From Candidatus Kaelpia imicola (GTDB lineage Bacteria > Omnitrophota > Gorgyraeia > Kaelpiales > Kaelpiaceae): 64,000 bases of DNA. Where the stretch lies: NCBI GenBank assembly GCA_030765505.1, contig JAVCCL010000043.1:5686-69685 (forward strand). The letters run 5' to 3'. A program made the position numbers and the translations under genes. Of this stretch, positions 26,417-36,684 are shown one piece after another (the first letter of the stretch is position 1; each line of letters begins with the position of its first letter). The notes below the pieces were generated by a model that ran no database searches, was not told the DNA's origin, and saw nothing but the letters and a program-made list of their open reading frames with translations.

Positions 26417-26904
26417 TGAAAAAAAGAGCAATATATCCTGGTAGTTTTGACCCTGTTACGCTTGGTCATCTCGATATTATAAAGCGGGGCCTGCGTCTCT
26501 TTGATGAGATAACGGTGGCTGTTGCTGATACCAATTCTAAAGATAACCTCTTTACATTATCTGAAAGAGTTCAGATGGTAGAGGATGCTGCATCTGATTT
26601 AGAGGGGATTAGAGTTGAATCATTCAAGGGGCTGATGGTAGAGTTTGCAAGAGCTAAAGGGGTTAATATTATCCTGAGAGGCTTAAGGATGATATCCGAT
26701 TTCGAATATGAGTTTCAGATGGCTTTAACCAATAGAAGGTTTGCTCCTGATATAGAGACAATATTTATGATGCCCAATGAAAAGTATTCTTATATCTCAT
26801 CCAGATTGATAAAAGAGGCAGCCTCTTTAGGGGCGGATACCTCTAGTTTTCTTCCGCAGTCTGCCATAGAGAGATTGGATGCTAAATTAAAGAGGGCCGG
26901 ATAG
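26413..26904 (+). CDS. coaD: phosphopantetheine adenylyltransferase
   Basis: AIYPGSFDPVTLGHLDII carries the T/HxGH nucleotidyltransferase motif. The 163-aa length fits. Confidence 0.9.
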   Translation: MMKKRAIYPGSFDPVTLGHLDIIKRGLRLFDEITVAVADTNSKDNLFTLSERVQMVEDAASDLEGIRVESFKGLMVEFARAKGVNIILRGLRMISDFEYEFQMALTNRRFAPDIETIFMMPNEKYSYISSRLIKEAASLGADTSSFLPQSAIERLDAKLKRAG

Positions 26905-26911
26905 TATAATT

Positions 26912-27883
26912 ATGCAGGAGTTAATAAAAAAAGCCTCATTAAACCCAGGCAGGATTATATTTCCGGAAGGAGATGATTTCAGAATCAGAGAAGCTGTAAG
27001 AGAGATAGAGCAGAGGAAGATTGCCCGGCCTATCATCTTTATTGAGCAGGATAATGCCGATGATCTAGAGGGGATTGATATTGTAAATCCTAAAGATAAA
27101 GGAATGATTGAAAAATATGTAGATATCTATAGTGATTTGAGAAAAAATAAAAATATAGCTAAGGATAAAATAAAAAATCTCTTAGAGTCCAACTCTGTTT
27201 TTATTGCCGCTTTAATGGTGAGAGAAGGTTTAGCCGACGCTGTGATAGCGGGGGCAGCCTATACCACAAAAGATGTAGCAAGGGCGGTTATCCACTGTAT
27301 AGGTGTTAGAGATGGTAGTTTTGTGTCGAGCTGTTTTTTAATGGATACCGGAATTGAAGAGTTTGGTTATAAAGGCAAGTTTATATTTGCAGATTGCGGA
27401 ATTATTTTTTCACCTGACTTTAAGCAGCTTGCCGATATTGCTATTAACTCCGGAGACCTTTTTAAGTCTCTCTTTAAGAAAGAGCCTTATATAGCTTTTT
27501 TAAGTTATTCCAGTCATGGCAGTGCTTCTGGTGAAAGCATAGAAAAGATAAGAGCTGCAGTTAGTCTGGTTAAAAAGAGGAGGCCGGATTTAAATGTTGA
27601 CGGTGAGATGCAGGGTGATGCTGCCATAGTAAAAGCTGTTGCAGATATAAAATGTTCTGATTCTCCGGTAGCAGGACATGCAAATGTCTTAATATTCCCC
27701 GACTTAAATAGCGGTAATATATGCTATAAGCTGGTTGACAGATTGACATCTGCGAATGCTCTGGGTCCAATATTCCTGGGAACCAGATATCCCTGCAGTG
27801 ATCTCTCTAGAGGCTGCGAGGCAGAAGAGATAGTACTTGATGCTGCTGTTATTTCAATAATGGCTCAACTGAATAAGCAATAG
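26912..27883 (+). CDS. pta: phosphate acetyltransferase (short, catalytic-domain-only form)
   Basis: The PTA_PTB-fold blocks RIIFPEGDD and NVLIFPDLNSGNICYKLV are present. Confidence 0.8.
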   Translation: MQELIKKASLNPGRIIFPEGDDFRIREAVREIEQRKIARPIIFIEQDNADDLEGIDIVNPKDKGMIEKYVDIYSDLRKNKNIAKDKIKNLLESNSVFIAALMVREGLADAVIAGAAYTTKDVARAVIHCIGVRDGSFVSSCFLMDTGIEEFGYKGKFIFADCGIIFSPDFKQLADIAINSGDLFKSLFKKEPYIAFLSYSSHGSASGESIEKIRAAVSLVKKRRPDLNVDGEMQGDAAIVKAVADIKCSDSPVAGHANVLIFPDLNSGNICYKLVDRLTSANALGPIFLGTRYPCSDLSRGCEAEEIVLDAAVISIMAQLNKQ

Positions 27884-28996
27884 ATGTGGTTCTTAACGAT
27901 TAACTCAGGAAGTTCTTCCATTAAATATAGTCTCTTTAAGGTGAATAAGAGGTTGTCTCTGGCCGAAAAAGGAGTTGTTGAAAAGATTGGCGAAGAACAG
28001 TCTTTTTTTAAGACCGGGAGCAGAGTGCTGCGGTTAAGTATACCTGATCACCATAAAGCCATAGATCTTATTTTAGATGCAATAAAGAGAGAGATAAAAG
28101 ATATATCTTCTTTGGCAGGAATTGGCCATAGAGTGGTCCATGGGGGTGAGAAGTTCAAAGAGTCTGTTGTTATAGATAGCGAGGTTTTAAACTATATTAA
28201 GAAATGCAGCCACTTAGCCCCGCTGCATAATCCTCCGGCGGTATTATCTATTGAGGCATCTGTAAAACTGCTGAAGAGTATTCCTCAGATTGCTGTTTTC
28301 GATACGGCCTTTCACCATACTATTCCCGACTATGCTTATAACTATGCCATCCCTTATAAATTCTATCGGCAATATAAGATAAGAAGATATGGTTTTCACG
28401 GTACCAGTCATCACTATATAGCATTGGAAGCAGCCAAGGTTTTAAATAAAAAATTAAAAGATACTAAGATTATAAGCTGTCATCTCGGTAATGGCTGCAG
28501 TATTACAGCTATCAACGGCGGGCGGTCAATTGATACAAGCATGGGTTTTACTCCCCTAGAAGGTCTTGTTATGGGTACAAGGTCAGGGGATATAGATCCG
28601 GCCATTGTATTGTTTTTAGAAGAGAGAGGGTTTAATTATACCGAGATAGATAAAATCTTAAACAGAGAGAGCGGGCTCCTGGGAATCTCCGGTCTAAGCA
28701 ATGATATGAGGGCTATTGAGAGAGCAATGCTTAACAAAAATAAGCGGGCCCATCTTGCTTACAATATCTTTCTCTACAGGCTTATTAAGTATATATCTTC
28801 CTATATTGGTATCTTAGAAGGTGTTGATGCAGTTATTCTTACAGGCGGGATAGGGGAGAATCAGGTAAGATTAAAGAGGGATATAAAGAAGAGGCTTAAA
28901 TCCATTCTGGATAAATTTGATGCAAGGGTTCTTGTTATACCTACAGATGAGGAGCTTATGATTGCCAGAGAGGGTTTGAGATTATTAAAAAGATGA
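27884..28996 (+). CDS. ackA: acetate kinase
   Basis: LTINSGSSSIKYSLF (N-terminal ATP-binding loop) and the HLGNGCS and GTRSGDIDP blocks are present. It lies immediately downstream of pta. Confidence 0.85.
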   Translation: MWFLTINSGSSSIKYSLFKVNKRLSLAEKGVVEKIGEEQSFFKTGSRVLRLSIPDHHKAIDLILDAIKREIKDISSLAGIGHRVVHGGEKFKESVVIDSEVLNYIKKCSHLAPLHNPPAVLSIEASVKLLKSIPQIAVFDTAFHHTIPDYAYNYAIPYKFYRQYKIRRYGFHGTSHHYIALEAAKVLNKKLKDTKIISCHLGNGCSITAINGGRSIDTSMGFTPLEGLVMGTRSGDIDPAIVLFLEERGFNYTEIDKILNRESGLLGISGLSNDMRAIERAMLNKNKRAHLAYNIFLYRLIKYISSYIGILEGVDAVILTGGIGENQVRLKRDIKKRLKSILDKFDARVLVIPTDEELMIAREGLRLLKR

Positions 28997-29436
28997 TAGA
29001 TGCTTTAATAATAAACATTAAGAATATTCCTCCGGAGGGTCTGGAAAGAGTTCTGGAGTTTGACCCTAAAGATCTGGATTTAAAGATAGAGGACCCGGCT
29101 GAAACTGCAGTTGCCTTTGAAGGTCTTTTGAAATTAGATATCAGTATTGAAATAGCGGCTAGTGAGCTTATAATTAGGTCCAGAATGGAGTATACCTTAA
29201 AGCTTATCTGCAGCAGGTGTTTGTACGAGTTTAAACTTCCCTTTGATAAAAATTGTATTTTGAACTATAATATTCAGAATTCTGACTCTATTGATATTAG
29301 TGATGGTATTAGGGAGGAGGTAATATTAAGCTATCCTCAGAAGCCGCTCTGCAGGGAGGATTGTGCTGGGGTATGTTTAACTTGCAAGGTGAATTTAAAT
29401 AAGGAAGAGTGTAAGTGCAGAATGGCAGAAAGTTGA
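28993..29436 (+). CDS. yceD: YceD/DUF177-family protein (large-subunit rRNA accumulation)
   Basis: It has a C-terminal Cys cluster (CREDCAGVCLTCKVNLNKEECKC) and sits in the conserved position upstream of rpmF-plsX. Confidence 0.7.
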   Translation: MIDALIINIKNIPPEGLERVLEFDPKDLDLKIEDPAETAVAFEGLLKLDISIEIAASELIIRSRMEYTLKLICSRCLYEFKLPFDKNCILNYNIQNSDSIDISDGIREEVILSYPQKPLCREDCAGVCLTCKVNLNKEECKCRMAES

Positions 29437-29459
29437 TAATTTTTAAATGGAGGTTTTAG

Positions 29460-29642
29460 ATGGCTAATCCGAAAAGGAGACATTCCAATGCGCGGTCTCA
29501 AAAAAGGCGTACCCACTGGAAGATAAAAGAGCCTTCAGTGTCGCTCTGCCCGGAATGCAAGGAGCCCAAGCCGATGCATAGGATCTGCCCGCATTGCGGT
29601 TTCTATAAAGGCAGGAGAGTAGTAGCAAAAGATGAAAGTTAG
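29460..29642 (+). CDS. rpmF: 50S ribosomal protein L32
   Basis: MANPKRRHSNARSQKRRTHWK...CPECKEPKPMHRICPHCGFYKGRRV is a textbook L32 with its zinc ribbon. Confidence 0.9.
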   Translation: MANPKRRHSNARSQKRRTHWKIKEPSVSLCPECKEPKPMHRICPHCGFYKGRRVVAKDES

Positions 29643-30618
29643 GATTGCAATAGATGCAATGGGGGGAGATTTTGCCCCCGCAGTCTGCGTTCAGGGTGCT
29701 CAGTTGGCTTTGAGAGAGATATCTGACATAGAGATATACCTCGTTGGCCGGTCTTCCGAGATCTCTCCTCTTATTAAAGGAAGAGAGGGTATTCATATTA
29801 TTGATGCCAAAGAGGTTATAGCTATGGATGAAGCCCCTGCGCTTAGCGTGAGGAGAAAGAAGGACTCTTCTATAAATAAAGCCATCAAGATGCTTAAGGA
29901 GAGAGAAGCAGATGTCTTTATAAGTGCAGGTAATACAGGGGCCGTTGTCTGCGCAGCGACTATGATTTTACGCACCCTACCAAAAGTTGAGAGACCAGGT
30001 ATTGCAATAATGTTTCCAACCGTTAAAGGGTTTTCATTGATGATAGATGTGGGAGCCAATATCGATCCCAAGCCGTTACATCTTTTTCAGTATGGTCTTA
30101 TGGGGGCAGCTTACGCTGAACTGATATTAGATAAACAGAATCCCAGCCTAGGTCTGCTCAATATTGGAGAAGAAGAGTCTAAAGGTACTGAGTTTATGAA
30201 GAGCGTAAATACTCTTCTTAAGGAAGGCGCTTCTAATTACATAGGTAATATAGAAGGCAGGGATATATTTTTCGGTAAGTGCGATGTTATAATAGCAGAC
30301 GGGTTTGTAGGTAATGTTGCTTTAAAGGTCTCTGAGTCTGTTGCCATGGCTATTGCAGAGTTGTTGAAAGAGCGTATAAAGGAAGGGGTTTTGTCTAGAT
30401 TAGGTGCATTATTGATGCTGCCTGTTTTAAAGAGATTGAAACAGGATATGGATTATGCAGAGCATGGCGGTGCTCCGCTTTTAGGCATAGACGGTAATAT
30501 AATCATATGTCACGGCTCTTCTTCCAGTAAGGCTATAAAGAACTCTATTAAAGTTGCTAAAGAGATGGTTGAGCTGGGTTTAAGAGAGAAGATTAGAGAT
30601 AAAATAGTTTTAGTATAA
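29632..30618 (+). CDS. plsX: phosphate acyltransferase PlsX
   Basis: RIAIDAMGGDFAP is present near the N-terminus and the C-terminal region is conserved. Confidence 0.9.
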   Translation: MKVRIAIDAMGGDFAPAVCVQGAQLALREISDIEIYLVGRSSEISPLIKGREGIHIIDAKEVIAMDEAPALSVRRKKDSSINKAIKMLKEREADVFISAGNTGAVVCAATMILRTLPKVERPGIAIMFPTVKGFSLMIDVGANIDPKPLHLFQYGLMGAAYAELILDKQNPSLGLLNIGEEESKGTEFMKSVNTLLKEGASNYIGNIEGRDIFFGKCDVIIADGFVGNVALKVSESVAMAIAELLKERIKEGVLSRLGALLMLPVLKRLKQDMDYAEHGGAPLLGIDGNIIICHGSSSSKAIKNSIKVAKEMVELGLREKIRDKIVLV

Positions 30619-30632
30619 GCAGAGGAGAGAAG

Positions 30633-31610
30633 ATGAATATAGGTATTGTTGGCTGGGGTTTTTATGTCCCGGATAGAGTGCTTAGTAACGCCGATCTGGA
30701 GAAGATGGTTGATACAACAGATGAGTGGATAACAACAAGGACCGGTATTAAGACAAGAAGGATTGCGGGAGATGATATGGCGGTCAGCGATATGAGCGCC
30801 AGAGCCGCAAGGCAAGCTATAGAGAGAGCAGGGCTCTCTCCGAAAGATATCGAACTTACCATAGTTGCCACCATCACTCCGGATATGTTTTTTCCTTCCA
30901 GCGCCTGTTTTGTACAGAAAGAGATTGGAGCAGAGAATGCGGCCTGTTTTGATATTAGTGCGGCCTGTTCAGGATTTATATATGCAATGGATGTTGCAAG
31001 GGGTTTGATATCTAGTTTAGGTTATAAGAATGCTCTGGTTATCGGAGCTGAGAAGTTATCAGCGATAGCTGATTGGGAGGATAGAAACACCTGTATCTTA
31101 TTTGGGGATGGAGCCGGGGCTGTTGTTTTATCGGAAGTAGAGAGCGGCGGGATTTTAAGCAGTTACCTGGGTGCGGATGGTACCAAAGACGAATTGCTCT
31201 ATCTTCCCGGAGGCGGGTCCAGAAATCCGTCAACACATAAGACAGTGGATCAGAGGCTGCATTACCTTAGGATGCGGGGAAATGAGCTGTTTAAAATTGC
31301 GGTTAAAATTATGGCTAACTCTGCAGAGGTGGCACTTAAAAGAGCGGGGCTGGAGAAAACAGATGTCAAGCAGCTTATTCCTCATCAGGCAAACTCCAGA
31401 ATAATATGGGCGACCGCTAAGATGCTTGGATTGAAAAAAGAACAGGTATTTGTCAATATAGATAGATACGGCAATATGTCTAGTGCTTCAGGTGCTGTTG
31501 CACTCTGTGAGGTTTTGGATTTAAAAAATATAAATAAAGATGATATACTGCTCTTGGTTGCGTTTGGCGGCGGTCTTACCTGGGGTGCGGCTGCAATCAA
31601 GGTTAGCTAG
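30633..31610 (+). CDS. fabH: 3-oxoacyl-ACP synthase III
   Basis: The active-site Cys is in AACSGFIYAM. The HQAN and NMSSASGAVAL blocks supply the His-Asn triad. Confidence 0.9.
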   Translation: MNIGIVGWGFYVPDRVLSNADLEKMVDTTDEWITTRTGIKTRRIAGDDMAVSDMSARAARQAIERAGLSPKDIELTIVATITPDMFFPSSACFVQKEIGAENAACFDISAACSGFIYAMDVARGLISSLGYKNALVIGAEKLSAIADWEDRNTCILFGDGAGAVVLSEVESGGILSSYLGADGTKDELLYLPGGGSRNPSTHKTVDQRLHYLRMRGNELFKIAVKIMANSAEVALKRAGLEKTDVKQLIPHQANSRIIWATAKMLGLKKEQVFVNIDRYGNMSSASGAVALCEVLDLKNINKDDILLLVAFGGGLTWGAAAIKVS

Positions 31611-31620
31611 AGGTTAGATT

Positions 31621-32592
31621 ATGAAGTTAGGTTATATATTCCCTGGTCAGGGTTCTCAATATATAGGTATGGGACATGATCTCTATGAGCATTTTGATTT
31701 AGCTAAAGAGATGTTCCACGAAGCTAATAATATGCTGGGTTTTGACATTATGAGGCTCTGTTTTTTTGGTCCGATAGAGGAGCTTACGAAGACTAAAAAT
31801 TGTCAGCCGGCCGTATTTCTCGTATCTGTTGTAACTTTAAGGTGTTTAGAAGAGTATTTCTTTACCAAAGAGTCCGGGGGTCTGATAAAACCTGCTATTA
31901 CCGCCGGTCTGAGTCTTGGAGAGTATGCATCCTTGGTGGCTGCTTCTTCAATATCTTTTGAAGATGGATTGCTTCTTACTAGGAGAAGGGGAGAGTTTAT
32001 GGAAGAGGCTTCTAAAGAGAATGAAGGGCAGATGAGTGCTATTATCGGTCTGGATAGAGATATCTTGGAGGAGATAGCAGGGAATACAGGGGCTGAGATT
32101 GCAAATATCAACTCTCCCAACCAGATAGTTATAGCGGGAAGCCCCGGGGTTATCAAAAAAGCTGAAACTATGGCTTTGGATAGAGGCGCCAAGCGCGTTA
32201 TGAGGCTGAATGTTTCCGGAGCTTTTCATAGTTCTTTGATGGAGCCTGCAGCACGAAAACTTATGCTCTATTTGAAGGATCTGACTGTCTTAAAACCTGA
32301 GATTACAGTCTTAAGCAATGTAAACGCGTATTACTCTTTCTTTCCGCAGGAGATAAAAGCCAACCTCATAAATCAGGTCAACCGTACCACACTATGGCTG
32401 GACTGTGTTAAGGTTATGATAGATTCCGGTCTGACCAGTTTTTTGGAGATTGGCTGCGGTAAAAGATTGAAAGGTTTGTTGCGTAAGATAGATCCCAATC
32501 TGATAGTCTATAATATAGAGAACTATAACGATATTGAAAACCTTTATCAGGAGTTAATCTTAGAGGAGGTAAACCATGGGTATGCTGGATGA
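31621..32592 (+). CDS. fabD: malonyl-CoA:ACP transacylase
   Basis: FPGQGSQYIGMG and GLSLGEYASL (the GxSxG nucleophile elbow) are present. Confidence 0.9.
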   Translation: MKLGYIFPGQGSQYIGMGHDLYEHFDLAKEMFHEANNMLGFDIMRLCFFGPIEELTKTKNCQPAVFLVSVVTLRCLEEYFFTKESGGLIKPAITAGLSLGEYASLVAASSISFEDGLLLTRRRGEFMEEASKENEGQMSAIIGLDRDILEEIAGNTGAEIANINSPNQIVIAGSPGVIKKAETMALDRGAKRVMRLNVSGAFHSSLMEPAARKLMLYLKDLTVLKPEITVLSNVNAYYSFFPQEIKANLINQVNRTTLWLDCVKVMIDSGLTSFLEIGCGKRLKGLLRKIDPNLIVYNIENYNDIENLYQELILEEVNHGYAG

Positions 32593-33319
32593 CAGAGTTG
32601 CTTTAATAACAGGTGCCGGCAGAGGTATAGGAAAAAGAATAGCTTTAATATTTGCAGATCAGGGGGCGGATATAATCTGTCTGGATTTAGATAGAGAGAG
32701 TATTTTAAGTACAGTCTCTGAAGTTGAGTCTAGAGGCAGAGAGGCCCTGGGTCTGGTCTCTGATATCTCTAATATTAAGGAGGTTGAGGATGCTCTGGCC
32801 AGCTCTTTAGAGAAATTTGAGAAAATAGATATTCTTATAAATAATGCCGGTATTACAAGAGATAATCTTCTTCTCAGAATGAGTGAAGAGGATTGGGATA
32901 TTGTCTTAAAGGTTAATTTAAAAGGAGCTTTTAACTGCAGCAAAGTTATATCTAAACATATGATAAAGAATAGAGGCGGCAGGATAATAAATATAGCCTC
33001 TATTATAGGTATTGTTGGCAGCGCGGGGCAGGCCAACTATGCAGCTTCTAAAGGCGGCCTCATTGCTCTTACCAAGTCTCTGGCTAAAGAGTTTGCCTCA
33101 AGAAATATAAATGTAAATGCAATAGCGCCTGGTTTTATAAAGACTAAGATGACCGATGATTTAGGAGATGAAGTAAAGGCTAAGATGTTGGATGGTATTG
33201 CTCTTAAGAGGTTTGGGGAACCGGATGATGTTGCCAAGGCAGCACTCTTCTTAGCTTCAAATCTCTCTGGTTATATTACATCTCAGGTTATAGTGGTAGA
33301 CGGTGGTATGATATCCTAA
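32576..33319 (+). CDS. fabG: 3-oxoacyl-ACP reductase
   Basis: TGAGRGIGKRIA (Rossmann motif), NNAG and YAASKGG (catalytic Tyr-Lys) are present. Confidence 0.9.
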   Translation: MGMLDDRVALITGAGRGIGKRIALIFADQGADIICLDLDRESILSTVSEVESRGREALGLVSDISNIKEVEDALASSLEKFEKIDILINNAGITRDNLLLRMSEEDWDIVLKVNLKGAFNCSKVISKHMIKNRGGRIINIASIIGIVGSAGQANYAASKGGLIALTKSLAKEFASRNINVNAIAPGFIKTKMTDDLGDEVKAKMLDGIALKRFGEPDDVAKAALFLASNLSGYITSQVIVVDGGMIS

Positions 33320-33399
33320 TTTTATAAAATATTGACTAAATTGATTGAATATGATATATAGATTTAACCTTATTGTTAATAATTGAAAGGAGGAATGAT

Positions 33400-33645
33400 A
33401 TGGGAGTAGCAGAAAAAGTGAAGAAGATTATTTCAGAACAATTAAATGTTAAAGAGGATGAGATTACGGATAATGCCTCTTTTGTAGATGATTTAGGTGC
33501 TGATTCTCTCGATACAGTTGAGCTTGTAATGGCTTTTGAGGAAGAGTTTGGTATTGAAATACCGGATGAAGATGCTGAGAAGATTCGCATGGTATCAGAC
33601 GCTGTTAAGTACATAGGAGAGAAAGCAGGTAGTAAGGAGGAATAA
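33400..33645 (+). CDS. acpP: acyl carrier protein
   Basis: An AAGGAGG ribosome-binding site precedes the ATG at 33400. The phosphopantetheine attachment site is [20 protein letters not shown]. The ORF track's TTG start at 33373 is an over-extension. Confidence 0.9.
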   Translation: MGVAEKVKKIISEQLNVKEDEITDNASFVDDLGADSLDTVELVMAFEEEFGIEIPDEDAEKIRMVSDAVKYIGEKAGSKEE

Positions 33646-33671
33646 TTTAGATAGTTTTTAAAGTGATGATT

Positions 33672-33692
33672 ATGCCGAGCGATGCTCGGCAT
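33672..33692 (+). promoter_or_regulatory. perfect 9-bp hairpin (ATGCCGAGC-GAT-GCTCGGCAT) between acpP and fabF
   Basis: The inverted repeat spans 33672-33680 and 33684-33692. The 3' T-tract is weak, so this looks like a partial terminator or processing stem of the kind common after acpP. Confidence 0.4.
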
Positions 33693-33706
33693 AATATTAT
33701 AATGGT

Positions 33707-34945
33707 ATGAAAAGACGAGTTGTAGTCACAGGTTTAGGAGTTATCTCGCCTCTTGGTAATGAGGTGGAAGAGTTTTGGGCTGCTGTAACCAGCGGTAAAA
33801 ACGGGATCTCTTCCATAACTCAACTTGATGCAGCTGCTTTTACGTCACGTATTGCAGGAGAGGTGCGGGATTTTGATCCCAGTGAGTACATCTCGGGTAA
33901 AGCCCTGAGAAGGATGGAGCGTTTTACCCAGTTTGCAGTCTGTGCAGCTGGAAAAGCTTGGGGAGATTCAGGTCTTAATATCGAGAACATAGATGAACAT
34001 AAGGCCGGTGTTATCATAGGTTCTGGTATCGGAGCTCTCAGTTTGATAGAGGATCAGGTTACAGTATACAAGGAAAAAGGTGCTCGCAGGATAACACCTT
34101 TCCTTATTCCTCTAATGATAGTGAATATTGCTCCCGCTCAGGTTGCTATTGCTTTAGGGCTAAAAGGCCCCAACCACTGCGTTGTAACAGCTTGCGCTTC
34201 TGGAAGTCATTCTCTTGGAGGTGCTTTGAGGATGATTCAGAGTGGAGATGCTGATATCATGGTCTCAGGCGGTACAGAATCCTGCATTACACATCTTGGA
34301 TTAGGAGGGTTCTGTTCCCTTAAAGCGCTCTCAACTAGAAACGATGATCCTGCCCATGCATCCAGGCCGTTTGACAGAGAGAGGGATGGTTTTATTATGG
34401 GAGAAGGGGCAGGAATATTAGTTTTAGAAGAGTATCAGCATGCAAAGAAGCGCGGTGCTAATATCTATGCCGAATTTGTCGGTTACGGGGCAAGCTGTGA
34501 CGCCTATCACCAGACAGCTCCGAATCCTGAAGGAGAAGGTGCATACTATTCTATGAAGAAAGCCCTTGATGACGCCGAAGTTAATATCGGGGATCTGGAT
34601 TATATCAATGCTCATGGTACGTCTACCCAGCTTAATGATAAGATGGAGACTAAGGCCATAAAGAGATTACTTGGTGAAGATGCAGGTAATGTACCTGTAA
34701 GTTCGATTAAGTCTATGGTCGGTCATCTTCTTGGCGCTGCAGGAGGAGTTGAAGCAATCGCAGCCGTATTAGCCATAAGGGACGGTATCATACCTCCAAC
34801 TACCAACTATGAGTATCCTGATCCGGAGTGCGACTTAGACTATGTTCCCAATGAAGCCCGTAAAGCCGAATTAAATTTAGTCTTGTCTAACTCTCTGGGC
34901 TTTGGCGGTCATAATGCCTCTTTATTATTCAAGAAACTTAGCTAA
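33707..34945 (+). CDS. fabF: 3-oxoacyl-ACP synthase II
   Basis: The active-site Cys is in CVVTACASGSHS. The HGTST and GHLLGAAG blocks are present. Confidence 0.9.
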   Translation: MKRRVVVTGLGVISPLGNEVEEFWAAVTSGKNGISSITQLDAAAFTSRIAGEVRDFDPSEYISGKALRRMERFTQFAVCAAGKAWGDSGLNIENIDEHKAGVIIGSGIGALSLIEDQVTVYKEKGARRITPFLIPLMIVNIAPAQVAIALGLKGPNHCVVTACASGSHSLGGALRMIQSGDADIMVSGGTESCITHLGLGGFCSLKALSTRNDDPAHASRPFDRERDGFIMGEGAGILVLEEYQHAKKRGANIYAEFVGYGASCDAYHQTAPNPEGEGAYYSMKKALDDAEVNIGDLDYINAHGTSTQLNDKMETKAIKRLLGEDAGNVPVSSIKSMVGHLLGAAGGVEAIAAVLAIRDGIIPPTTNYEYPDPECDLDYVPNEARKAELNLVLSNSLGFGGHNASLLFKKLS

Positions 34946-35188
34946 GGTAAGTATTTACCCCCAAAATTTAAATAATTCTTGACTCTTTTTTAGTCCTAAT
35001 ATATATTTTAGAATACGGCGGTTTTGGAGGCATGCAGTAGAGGGGTCGCGGGCTTTTTTTATTTTCTAGTCTATCTATTTTATCATAATTTAGAGAGTCT
35101 ATCTTCAATAGAACAGGATTAATTTATCACTTTTAAAAATATTTCAAAATATTGAAAAATATAGGTTTATATGGTATAAATCTGTTTA

Positions 35189-36136
35189 ATGAAGGTTGTA
35201 TATAACTTTATAATTTTATTTTTGGTAGTTATATCTTCTGTTTTCTCAGTATCTTATGCAGAGAATACCTATTGGCCTGATGGGACTCAATATTTAGATT
35301 ATGGTTCTGTTAAAACTTTTAGCTTATATGAAGTTAGCGATATAGGTAGTGATGATGTCTTGAATGTATACGACCATATAAACCGTTGGCTCCCTGATTC
35401 TGATAGCGAGATATTTAACGGATATTTAATGTTAAGGTTTGATGTTCCCTATAGAGGTGAATATTTTTATACTTTAAAACATGATGCTAATAATAGAATT
35501 GTGATGAATGGCTTGGATTTAGGAGTAAGTTATGATCTATTAACAGAATTGAACTATTTTGATAGACCTATATTTGTAACATATACCCCTGATTACCTTA
35601 GGGAGTCTTGGGACCTAAGCTCTATTACAGAACTTAGGTCAGCGGAGTCAGAGTTTGACGTCAGGGAATTTCTTGATTTTTCAATACCGAAAAGCCATCC
35701 TTTAGCTATTTGGGATGTTGCCTATGGTAATAGCACAAGAAATACTGATTTTGCTCCGGAGCTACCTTTCATTGTAGGCATGGGTGTTTTGTATGGATTA
35801 TCAGAAAATAATATTAAACTCTTAATTGCAATAAGGGTGCATGAGAACGGTCAGACCGGGAATGAGTTTGGAGTAAAAAAGGCAGTTGGTACCAACCTTC
35901 TTGAGCAGGCGCATTATGCATCTGGTACTGTAAGAAATAAATATTATGATTATTTAAGGCTGGCTAATCCCAATACTGATTTTATCGCTTATCTGGGTGC
36001 AATCTATGCTCCTACAACTTACGGTCTGCCTGAAGAAGAAAGGAAGGGGAATGAGAATTGGATTCCCGGAGTCAGAAGAATATATCAGTATCTCGAGCCT
36101 TATTCTTTAAGCAATCTATTGAGTTATTTGGATTAA
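35189..36136 (+). CDS. secreted hypothetical protein (Tyr/Asn/Asp-rich, no recognisable domain)
   Basis: It has a signal peptide (MKVVYNFIILFLVVISSVFSVSYA) and is flanked by long AT-rich intergenic regions, with an IS remnant downstream. Confidence 0.45.
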   Translation: MKVVYNFIILFLVVISSVFSVSYAENTYWPDGTQYLDYGSVKTFSLYEVSDIGSDDVLNVYDHINRWLPDSDSEIFNGYLMLRFDVPYRGEYFYTLKHDANNRIVMNGLDLGVSYDLLTELNYFDRPIFVTYTPDYLRESWDLSSITELRSAESEFDVREFLDFSIPKSHPLAIWDVAYGNSTRNTDFAPELPFIVGMGVLYGLSENNIKLLIAIRVHENGQTGNEFGVKKAVGTNLLEQAHYASGTVRNKYYDYLRLANPNTDFIAYLGAIYAPTTYGLPEEERKGNENWIPGVRRIYQYLEPYSLSNLLSYLD

Positions 36137-36222
36137 TAAAATCTTTTTAATAAAAACTTATTTAAAAGTTTGACAAAATAGTTATTATGTGGTTTATATT
36201 CTATTAGAGGAGAGGGCGTGAT

Positions 36223-36684
36223 ATGAAAAGAGAGAGAAATGTAAAAGGTAAGATTGTCCTTAATTTAAAAGATGTTAAGAAGAGAGAGATAAAGCTTCTG
36301 ACTTCAGGTGTTAGGGTTGTAGTTGAAAAAGATAAAGAATATGCAAGCTGTCCTAATTGCGGTGTTCTCTCAAATAAAGTCTATGAATATAGAAAGCAGC
36401 TTATCCTCGATAAACCTAATCAAGATAGAAAAGTTGAGATTGAGTTAAATAAGCGTAGGTTTGTCTGTGTTAATAATAAGTGTTTGATTAAAACATTTAC
36501 TGAAAATATAGAGGGTCTTGCATCTACAAGAAGGTATACCAGGGCATTTGAGAATTTCTTAAAAGATTTGGTATCCAGGAAAGGCTATCTTAAAGCGCAG
36601 AAATTATTACAGGATAAGTATTCACTCAATCTGAGCTTGACTACCCTGTTCTATCTTGATTACTCCGGCAGCAAGGAAAATTAA
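36223..36684 (+). mobile_element. ISL3-family transposase, N-terminal fragment only (zf-ISL3 plus HTH_Tnp_ISL3), with the DDE domain missing
   Basis: CPNCGVLSNKVYEYRKQLILDKPNQDRKVEIELNKRRFVCVNNKCLIKTFTE...TRRYTRAFENF matches the ISL3 N-terminal zinc-finger/HTH pattern. The ORF stops at 153 aa, and only 73 nt remain before the next gene, so the roughly 250-aa catalytic domain is absent. Confidence 0.55.

Noticed and set aside
31803-32229. Antisense ORFs of 129 aa and 93 aa inside fabD. Similar long antisense ORFs occur at 41643-42056 (inside the transaldolase gene), 57960-58367 (inside mfd), 32659-33036 (inside fabG), 33336-33692 (across acpP), 53956-54321 (inside gpsA) and 14219-14563 (inside gspE).
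   Set aside because: All lie opposite well-supported conserved genes. Their composition is Ser/Leu/Pro-rich, typical of antisense reading of AT-rich coding DNA, and they have no start context or motifs.
35030-35062. A putative rho-independent terminator after fabF (GGGGTCGCGGGC followed by T7).
   Set aside because: The T-run is good, but I could not find a convincing complementary stem in the GC-rich segment. It is left unannotated, as it may be a weak or imperfect terminator.
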